Below, piece by piece: positions 53,769-64,000 of a stretch of 64,000 bases of DNA (positions are counted from its first letter, which is position 1; every line of letters starts with the position of its first letter). Position numbers and translations under genes: made by a program. This DNA is from Chrysomallon squamiferum (taxonomy: Eukaryota > Animalia > Mollusca). The stretch spans positions 11,470,001-11,534,000 of the forward strand of contig CM022677.1 in NCBI GenBank assembly GCA_012295275.1. The letters are read 5' to 3'. The notes under the pieces are model-generated. The model had not been told where the DNA came from and did no database searches. It worked only from the letters and a program-made list of their open reading frames with translations.

Positions 53769-56700
53769 TGGTGTAAAAAAAACAAAGTTACACATACTGG
53801 CTTTTGGCTTTTTGACCAAATGCACTTTAACACCCGAAGGAGCATTTGGGATATTTCCTCATCACACAAATACGTTAACACACCACAGCCTAGATCTCTA
53901 CCTGCTGTGTCTTCTGTTTATCTTACATTTATTGTTTAGATGTTATAATTAATAATTGATATTTATTAAAATAAATATAATTGTTTTCATTTTCTTTTGT
54001 TGCCTTGTTTTTCATTATTAATGCATTTTCAAGATAAATTTGAATGAACTGTTACGAATGCAATAAATATCTCTACCAAAAACTTTGAACATGTTTCTGT
54101 AACAGTAATCTAAATATTCCAGTGAAGAAATTTGTGAATGTTGTTTATAATTTTCATTATTAGTTTATTAATCTTGAACTCGGTCGTCCCAGAAAAACAT
54201 GCTGTGTTGGTTAAACAAGTGCACATTTCAGCATCAAACCTATCTCTGAAAATATATCCTTTTTCACAGAACATGATTATTGTAAACACTCGTGTGAAAC
54301 AACTGTGATTTCTTCAAGTGAGGATAATGTAAATTCTCTTAACCCACTTGATCGCTGACTGTAAATCATAAAACAAAAGACCTGAATTGATATAAGGAAC
54401 ATGTTTTTATTACTTTGCGTACATTTCAATAAAAATATTGAGTCCTTTTTTCACATTCGCAGTTTACAAAAGGCACTTTACTTACACATTCCTATTCACA
54501 AAATAGATTTAAATACAAAATAATATTAAAAAGAACCCTTGCTTTTAGAATTAATGTTTGGTCTTTATTCCGAAACCTGAAAAACGCCTTCAGCTAACAT
54601 TACGGCCGTTTATACGACAAATCTGAAATTTACCAGTCCTCTGATCAAAAACAAATCAAGGCCTCAGAAGAAGGAACTATTTTATTATAAACGACAATAA
54701 ATATTAATATTATTATGTTTTCCCCCAAATTAATGTCCTCCTTATATATTGAAAAATTATGGTCTTTAATAATAAGTTATTTTATTATTAACAATAATAA
54801 GACTATACAGAAACGCGTGAAGTGCCAGATGAATATTATATTTATTATTGTGTTGATATTACTGAAAATTAATTGTGCACCTTTCAGTGTCACAATGTGA
54901 TGCTTTGTTTTATGACCACAGTAAAATGACATTCCGCGACACAATTTACATCTCTCTACATGAAATTACATGATTAATCTAAAATTCAAAATTATCAAAT
55001 TATGTAATTAAGAATATATCAGATTATTTTTTTAAAACTGAGAAATGTAAGTTAATCTAGAATGAAATTCCATGTTTATTCAATTATATAACTGATAATC
55101 TCTAATTAATGTAATTTTAATTTCTCATATTGCGTTTTATTTTGTTATCGATGAGTAACATTATCAATGTAAACAGCGATATTCTTTAGTTAAATGTGGT
55201 TTTATAAAAGTTCAATTTATTATTATTATTATTATTATTATCATTATTATATACTTTTTTAAAAAGAAATATTTAGATTTTATCTCGACAGAAACAATAC
55301 ACTAAGAATAAATCTGATTTCTCTGATAACTTTACGAGGCCTAATAAAAAATTCGAAGTAATTTTTATATCCGCACTCAGAACAGTTCTAATGAAACTAA
55401 TAGATAGCGTCAGACATATATAGGAAGCTTCCGTTTTTACAGAAAAATGAAAACAAAATAAAAAATAAAAATATTAAGATGTTATTATTGTTGTTGTTGT
55501 TGTTATTTAGCTGTTGACAAAGGCAGGACCTGTGACAAATATGGTGTCTGCTTCACTGACTCATTGATACTTACTGGTGGAGTGGTTATTTTAATATCTA
55601 ATAATAATAAGGTATAATAAGAAATGTAAAATATATTACACTATACAACTTGCGCTGATGTACACCTTGTAATGAAAAAAATAAACTTCGCATAATAAAA
55701 TGACATGTTCACCTTCTTTTTCTCATCTAATCAGTACAAACTGTCGTGATTCCAGGGAATTAACTCAGATATTTTTCAATATAACCTGATATAAATATAT
55801 ACGATCATTAATAAAATATGAGATTAATATTTCTCAACATAATTAACCTTCAAACTGTAAATATCACTGCTCATAATTAATTTTCATCTTTTTTTTTATA
55901 AGTAATTAAACCGCTTATTTTCATAACGCCATGTAGAATTATTATTTATAACTGTTAGTAATGTCTACTATATTAACTGTGGTTATTTTCTGTAGTGTAC
56001 ATAATATTTAAGTTCCACGTACAGTAAAATTACACCTTTCTATTATATGATTTCGAATTAGCAAAATAAAATATCACGTTACTTTTACTAAAACGGACAT
56101 TTCGAAGCGGTATCTGAATTTAGTTGCAGAATGTTCTCGATATATTTTGACGTCACATACAAAGTTACTGTTATTTTAAAAAATTACAACACGGAAGTTC
56201 CATCTATATTTTTGAATGTTCACAGTGAAATCATACCTGTAATTTTCAGTGTTTTGTAGTATAACTAACTGAATATCATCTCATTCACGAAGGATAGTTG
56301 AGAAATTTAGAAATAAAGAGGGTTTCCAAATTCCTAATTGCTCTGTTACTATCAAAATCAGCATTGGTTTTTAGTTGCACCTCAAATGGTATTGATAATT
56401 AAATATTGATTTTCTTTTTGTAGACAGGTGTGTATTGAAAAGCTGAGGTTTCTCTGTTAAATATTAGCAAATAATTTATTATATATGAAGTGATATTCAT
56501 CTTGATATTTCTAGTTGAGAAGTATAGTGAATATTCAGGAATAAAATATCGCAACCAGATAAAAATGTTATTTCATTAGCAACTGTGATATTAATGTGAT
56601 ATTTCTCAACGTAATTTATGTTGTGTTTACTATATCATGTCAGAATAATTATTTACTCAGCAAAAGTAACGTAGTGTTTTTGTTAAGACAATGTTATTAT

Positions 56701-57479
56701 TTTTTTAAAGACATATCTAAAATAAAAATAAAAACTCTCAGTTGAAGTCTGTCAAATTTGCTTAATAAAAGTTAATATCATCAAATTTAAATGGACGTTT
56801 TATTTGATTAATCTGAAATTCATCAACATTTTGAGGTTTATTAAACTACTTTTATTAGGATATATTTGTTTCACAGGCATTATTAAAATTAGAAATACTT
56901 TTATTACCATAGATTTATATAGGTTTCGTCGGAAATTAATATATATATATATATATATATTTATTATAGCACAAAACATACTGATAATTATACTTGTAGT
57001 GCAGATACTTACCTTTTTTTCTAAACTAAGAAAAAATGTAGCTAGTCTGGAAGGATATTCATAGGTATTCAAGATATCGGCGGACTTCTCTTACAATTTA
57101 CACGGTTGGTGTCACCGCTACTCTCTAACTTTGAATGTTCTGTGTAACACAATGCAACGAAAATCCCGCCTAAATTTCTACACTAATAGTGCAAACGTTT
57201 TTAAAATTTATTTTTATAACTCAGTGGTAAAATGAACAGTGCAAGTAGCGTTATCCTTAAGTAAAATTGACACCTCATTTTTACTTGTTTATAATTATGA
57301 AATGTTTGTATAATTTATTAGTGAAAATATCGGTGTCCTTAATCAAAAAAGTCTTGCTTGTTTATAATTACGGGATGTTTTATGATTTATAGTGTGAACT
57401 GCTCTCGTTATACAAAATACACGTGATAGCTTTCTATTCATAATGGAATATCATTTAAGTTTTCTTCTATTTTCTTATA

Positions 57480-57531
<52 letters not shown>

Positions 57532-58352
57532 TTAAAATAAACTGAAAGTACGCTCTATATTTCCCAAAATACAGGTATTCTCTATAATCTATGTTCTTAC
57601 TAGAAATTATCATTTTAATCTGTAGTGTAATATAATTTATGAAATTAATGTTGCACCTGATAACGTTTTCTGCTTTTAGTAGAAGGTAAGAATATACAGA
57701 AAGGTACAGATCAATAATGTTGTCTAAAACTGTTTGAGATGTAAAGGAAAAGTTGAGTGGGCGCGAGGTTAGACTGATACATTTTTTATTAATTGAATAC
57801 AAACTGTGACACGGTCATATCAACATTTTTATTCTATATCTATCTATCTATCTATCTATCTATCCACATACATATCTATCTTTCTATTAATCTATAATCT
57901 CTTGTTGGTTTATCTATCCGTTGAACAAAAATGCATCAAATCATCTCTGATTCCTTTCCCTGCATCCAGCATGTCCGTCAGTTTAGAGCTAAATGTAATT
58001 CATCCTGGTCTCTGTATCTGTGTGTGTCTCTGAGTGTGATGAACATCAGGTGTAACTTTCACCACCTTCTTTTGTACAGTGTAATAAAATTAAGAAGTAA
58101 TTTCAATACTCATCCCCAGCACGATTTGTAGACGTAAGAGATTATTGTAAAGGGACGGACAGGACGTCTCTCGGTGGCCTTGAACAACGTAGACCTTCCC
58201 GTTGTAATTAAACATAGATTACTGGTGACAAATAAAAACAGCCACTGAAAGAATTCAGTTAAAATTAACTGATCATTTTTCCATTTCTCAACCGTTTGTT
58301 AGCTTTCTTTACATTTGTTGTTAAACATTTAAACTTCTGTTCATGTTATAGC

Positions 58353-58398
<46 letters not shown>

Positions 58399-59075
58399 AG
58401 ATGATGATGTTGATAAATGAATACATTAATTAATTAATAATGTTCATCTATATTGCCTATATTACCACTAGTATATATAATAAAACTAAAAAAACTGCAC
58501 TTTCGCGAAAGGGGACAACTGTAACAGAACATTCGATCGATACAACATCATTCAATGATGCGAACTTTTTGATAGAAAAAAAGCAGATTTTAATAAGGAT
58601 ATTGTTATATCTGGCGACATACATTCTTGTTTATACAAAATATGATACAAAATATGATGGTGTAGCAGCCAGTGCGGTAGTGTTTTTGTAAAATAATGTT
58701 TTGAGAGGTTACAGATAGAGATTTATAGATTAAAAAAAAAAAGGATACTATGTAAACAGTTTTTGAAATGTTTTAAAAACATTTATAAATGCAGTGTTCT
58801 AGAAGTTTATTTCTGTACAATCCCGAATGCTTCTGTATTCAGTTTTAAAAAGTTGTATGCAGATGAATAAATGTTTAGTAAAAAACTGGAAAACTAGCGA
58901 ATTGGATTTAAAGTTCAACCGAAGCAGATTAAATAAATGCGAATGGAATTAGAAAATGATTATTTTTGACAATAAAATAAAATTCCTAAGCCAAAGCGTT
59001 TTCTAATTCTAAGTATATTCATAAACACATATAAAAACAATCACATATATAAATAATGTGTGTGTGTGTCATGTA

Positions 59076-59109
<34 letters not shown>

Positions 59110-59214
59110 GATATTTTGACGTAGATAACAACTGCTGAAATCTCTACGTCTACAGCCCATTCTGCATTCACTATTTCCCATTCTTTTTCTAAGGCTGATT
59201 ACTTTTTTATTTGA

Positions 59215-59860
59215 CGTTTGAAGAATCTTATACAGAATTGGTGTAATTGCAACAAAAAAGTTGCTTAAAGTATTTCATTTTGTGAAGCAGACAGGTAGTA
59301 CTATTAATTATTATAGTTGTTAATGAGTTTGGATTTTTTTTTTTTTTTTTAAGTATAATTTAAACATCACAGCCACCTGATGGCAGCCATCATATTCGGA
59401 AATAATATTTATTTATTATTTATTTTATAATTATATATATATTTTTTTTTCTTTAAATAACGACACTCGATTAATAACAAAATTCGCCAGTGTTTGTACT
59501 AATGTGAACAGCATATACAAGAATTGTTTTACCAATCACTGTGGCCAGCAATTAAATTTGTTTTAAAAGAAATTGACTTGTGTAGCACACACCAAAGTAA
59601 ACACCATACAACAACTATGTGTCAACTCACAATTTTTATTATTTATTTATTTATTTATTTTATTATTATTATTTTTTAATATACTAATAAAACTATTTTA
59701 ACCATATTAAAGTATATAATGGGTGGGGCCCTACATTCTTTCATATTATTAAAGCTAAATACCTGTATAGCTCTATGTTAACGATAAAAACCTATAAAGA
59801 TGAATACAAATTTAAGAAAAATATGACCACGTTATTTCAGATGTAGACACTGTAAAACAT
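59215..59860 (+). repeat. ~650-800 bp dispersed direct repeat, second copy at ~62790-63590
   Basis: Shared tacagaattggtgtaat..taaagtatttcattttgtgaag..ctgatggcagccat..aaataacgacactcgattaata..aagctaaatacctgtat..aagatgaatacaaatttaagaaa. Confidence 0.88.
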
Positions 59861-59888
59861 TAATACAATTATTTGTTATAATAATATT

Positions 59889-59934
<46 letters not shown>

Positions 59935-60999
59935 TGTAATCATAATCACAAAAGATATTAATACACTATACAGTCTCCATGCACAAAACATTACTAAGAT
60001 GATTCTTTTCTGAAGTAGGTGTCTTATTGTTTGACTGATGTATAAGATACAACGTGAACTAAAACAGGATACAACTGAAATCTGTCATGTTGACGTATGT
60101 CTTCAACACAGTGAGATCTCCTAAAAATGAAAAAAGATAAACATTCTATTATGAAATTAAGTGGAGGCATTGTAATAGTTTATGCATCATGTCATTATTT
60201 TTAAGTTATATACTTTAAAAGATAATTATATTTTTGAAACTACTATTACATATCTGCTAAATATAATTACATAATAACTTAAATGAAAAGCAAAATATAA
60301 GTGATTACTCTGTCGATTGATCAATAAAAATTCAGCTAAATTACTCAAAAAAATAAAAATTACACTTGAGTCTTGTGACAAGATTCTACATTGTATTGTT
60401 TAATAATTCATTTTCGATTATCTGCTCTTGAGAACGTTTCAAAAAGCAGACGACGAACATTTTACAAACTAAATTACAAACATGTACTTCAAAGTATATA
60501 AAGAATACAAAAAAAAAAAAAAAAAAACATTTCAAGAAAGTAATATTCTACCATTATATAAAGGTATACCAGTATATATAAAAAAATCAACTGAAACGAA
60601 TATAGCTGTATAATGAGTAACAAACGTAAATGTATAGGTATCTTCCAGGAATATCAATTAACAATAAACAATATACGAATCTATTATTGATAAATAACTA
60701 AAATATAAACAATAAAGATAAATACAGTGGACGCTGTCAAAACCGGATGATTCATTGAGACCAACGTGATATACCGTTTTAGACAGAGTGCAGATTTCTA
60801 AAGATTAAAATAACATAAAACTGGAATATTTTTTTTTTATTACAAATGTTAATGGTCTATCAGTTTTCAAAGGATAAAACAGTCTGTCATTGATCGACTG
60901 CGTTTTTTTTTGGGGGGGGTTGTGCTTTTTTTAGTTAGGTTTTTTTTTTTCGTATTTCTTTGTCTGTCATGGCCTCCAAGTTTAACATTAATTGCAGAA

Positions 61000-61580
61000 T
61001 CTCTTCTTTAGCAGGCTTAAGAATTAGAAGCGGATTTTTGATATTGTTATGGTAGCGACATATCAAACGATGTCGCTGTCGTACTTTAATAACGTCTTCA
61101 CCACGACAGAGAGCATCGAAAGTTGTTTTTTCTTTAACTCTGCCGTTTTTTCTCTTTTCTTTCCTAAGTTTTGATATACTTGAATACTTTTTTCTTCTGT
61201 TCGGAGCACATTCTAGTCCACGAGCTAACGTTAACTGTTCATTTGTCAAATTTAAAACTTGCTCTATCTGTCCCGCTAATTCTCTACTGTGTATGTCATA
61301 GTCATGAAGTTCTAACCGAGATACGTTCTGAATTTTTTCTGTTCTTACTTTCTCGAGACTTATCGTCCTCCAGATATGCACATATTTGTATTTTTTCAGT
61401 TTGTATGCAAGGCAACCTAATTGATAACAGTCTTCTGCTGATAATCTCTGTATATATCGTTCATATATAAAACCGTCTGTTAATCTTGTAGCATTTAATT
61501 TGTACGTGTCTTGAAGTCGAAACAGAGCTGCAGCGACCCCTTCTAAATCTTCGTAACTTGGAAGATGTTCACGGATTTCT
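61000..61580 (-). pseudogene. P4HA: Prolyl 4-hydroxylase alpha subunit-like fragment, intronless and degraded
   Basis: LPSYEDLEGVAAALFRLQDTY..LSAEDCYQLG..AY and FDALCRGE..RQRHRLICRYHNNIKNPLLILKPAKEEIL match P4HA N-terminal/substrate-binding motifs. The catalytic 2OG-Fe(II) domain is absent. Confidence 0.8.
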
Positions 61581-62054
61581 TATATTAATAATTTGTTTAT
61601 GTCAGAATAAAGTAACATACAGACAAAAAAGAAAAACAAAAACACTCCTCAAGAAAAAAAAAAAAAAAAAAAAACAGATTAAAATGTGCATTACAGCTGT
61701 CATTTAGAAGTGGCGCACTTCTTAAGTTATGAAGATTCTGAAGTGTTGTCTGCAGTTGTTCTGTTTCTTCTTCAAAACACATACAAATTAGATGTCACTA
61801 CTTCTTAATCGTTTATGCAAACTCGCCATGTTAAGACATTTTATGACATTTCTATTTTTTATTATGTTATTCCACATTTTTTATTTTTTTATTTTATTTT
61901 ATGAAGATGTTTGAATATATGTCAGTTTTAACTGATTACAAAATGTTTTTATCCAGAATCATTACACTTTATTTCATTTCTATTTTTCTTTTTCGTTTTC
62001 ATTCTTTCTCTGTAGCGGACCTTATTCTGTGAAATATGAAGAATCTCCTCTTAT

Positions 62055-62225
62055 TGTGATATTAGCAGTATTAAGTAAATAAATACTGAACCGTAACGTA
62101 ATAGTAGCAGAAATTAAGCAAAATAAATATGTACAGTAACGCGATATTAAGTAAATAAAAACTGTGACGTGATATTAGTAGTATTAAGTAAAGAAATACT
62201 GTACAGTGACGTGTGATATTAACCA
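62055..62225 (+). repeat. Short tandem repeat, ~35-40 bp unit (gtgatattag.agtattaagtaaataaatactg)
   Basis: 4-5 degenerate copies seen directly. Confidence 0.75.
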
Positions 62226-64000
62226 AGACGTTAATACTGGAACGACGGCGACATTACTAGAAATCACAATAATGTATTTGAAGAGGTGATTCGCCCGCTA
62301 AAGAATAATGAGAAGGACTCTAGAAAGCTAGAAACAACGCCGTTACGACGGCAACGATGGTGATATTGATAGAAATGGTATAATACATTTTAGAATAGGA
62401 TATCAAACATTGGTAAATTCCTGCACAATAATAAGCAACTTGTAGTGTGAGTTGTAAGTTTTGTGATTTTATTTGGTTTATTTTATTTTATTTTATTTTA
62501 TTAATATAAATAAGAAGAAGAAAGAAAAAGTAGGGGAAAAAAAAAAAAAAACACCGTTTATTTGAAGTTAACGGTCAACGATTGGCTAATAATAAGATAA
62601 AAAAATATAAATAAATAAATAAAATAAATATATTTTAATAAAGTTTGTGATGTTCCTTTATTTTATTTATTTGTTTTGAACATTATTTTAATTTTTTTTT
62701 TTTTTTTTTTTTTTTTTTTGTGCGGGATTGTATATGCAGAAAAATGCGGGATGATCGTCGGACTTTAAGGATTTACTTTTTTTATTTAATGTTCGAAGAA
62801 TTTTCTACAGAATTGGTGTAATCGCATTAAAACAGTTGTTTAAAGTATTTCATTTTGTGAAGGAGACAGGTATTACTATTTATTATTATAAATGTTAATA
62901 TGTTTGGATTTTTTTCGTTTTATTTAATTATAATTTAAAAGTAACAGACAACTGATGGCAGCCATATTATTTGAGAACAATATTTATTTATTTATTTATT
63001 TATAATTTTTTCAAATAACGACACTCGATTAATAATAACATTCACCAGTGGTTGTACTAATGTGAACAACATAAACAACGTCATGATGTATCAGCAAATT
63101 TTGAGTGGCCAGTAATTAAATTTGTTTTAAAATAAATTGACTTATGTAGCACCAAAGAAACACCACACAACAAGTCACAGAGAATTTAAAATTATTATTA
63201 TTATTATTTTATTGTTATTGTTATTATTTATTTTTCTAATCTTTTTTTTTTTATTTATTATTATTTTTGTTTTGTTGTTGTTGTTGAAATAAACTAATAA
63301 AACTATTAAAAGAAAATATGCTAATTTTGTTTGACAGGTTGTTTTCAGTCAGTTTATTTATGATTTATTATTTTTAAAGATTTAGGTTAAATTGCTGACT
63401 TGCTCTATAATTATTAAACATATTAAACTTTATAATGGGTGGGTCCCTAAATGCTTTCATATTATTTAAGCTAAATACCTGTATCGCTCTATGTTAACAC
63501 TAAAAACAAATAAAGATGAATACAAATTTAAGAAATACATGACCAGGTTATTTTATATGTAGATGATGCTATAAAATATTAATAAAATTATTTATAAAAA
63601 AAAATATTTAAAACACAAATAAACACTCAAATAATTTGTTATCCTGTTCTTTGTTTCTCTTCTTTTCTTAATGGTCAATTTTAATTTATTTATTTACACT
63701 TTGTTTTCTTTTGTTGAATTCCTTCTTTTTCATCTTCTTCTTCTCTTATTATTATTACTACTTTTTATTATTATTATTATGTTTTATTTTTATTATTATT
63801 ATTTTTTGTGATCTTTATTATTATTATCCATTTTATTTTTCATTACTAATATTTTTTATTTTTTATGTTTTCTAGGTCATGTGGAGAAAATGTTCCAAAT
63901 GAATTTAAAGAATGGTTCTGTAAAAAATCAGATGTGAGTGAAATATTTTATAAATTTTTCATCTAGCTACACAATCATTGATCAGTATCATACTGTAGAG

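Larger units (their letters stand above)
39823..53845 (-). mobile_element. Tandem array of endogenous parvovirus-like (densovirus-like) elements
   Basis: Repeated NS1 (HUH + SF3 helicase) and capsid-like ORFs, all on the minus strand, separated by long palindromic hairpins/ITRs. Confidence 0.9.

Noticed and set aside
39823-53845. Helitron, Polinton or bidnavirus identity
   Set aside because: The helicase is SF3 (not PIF1); no pPolB, integrase or packaging ATPase is seen; unit size and hairpin ITRs fit parvovirus-like genomes

Overview
AT-rich, microsatellite-dense eukaryotic DNA from an invertebrate metazoan (a mollusc-like lophotrochozoan is my inference, not shown), with a 200-N scaffold gap. 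Most of the window is degraded host genes and repeats: a truncated 5S rRNA copy, a frameshifted BTB-BACK-PHR gene, TSP1 exons, a P4HA-like pseudogene, hAT and pogo-like MITEs, a Ty3/Gypsy pol remnant and a TTAGGG-rich satellite. The main feature is a ~14 kb head-to-tail array (39823-53845, all coding on the minus strand) of endogenous parvovirus-like genomes from at least four diverged genotypes, joined at ~200-bp palindromic hairpins. The two bounded units each carry their own matched inverted terminal repeats. The inferred gene order is small acidic ORF -> capsid-like VP -> internal TATA/Inr promoter -> NS1/Rep (HUH + SF3 helicase). That is structural gene first and replicase second, the reverse of the canonical monosense parvovirus layout, with no visible PLA2 domain. 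Units carry internal deletions and microhomology-type mosaic joins. Coordinates were read by eye; no database searches were run.
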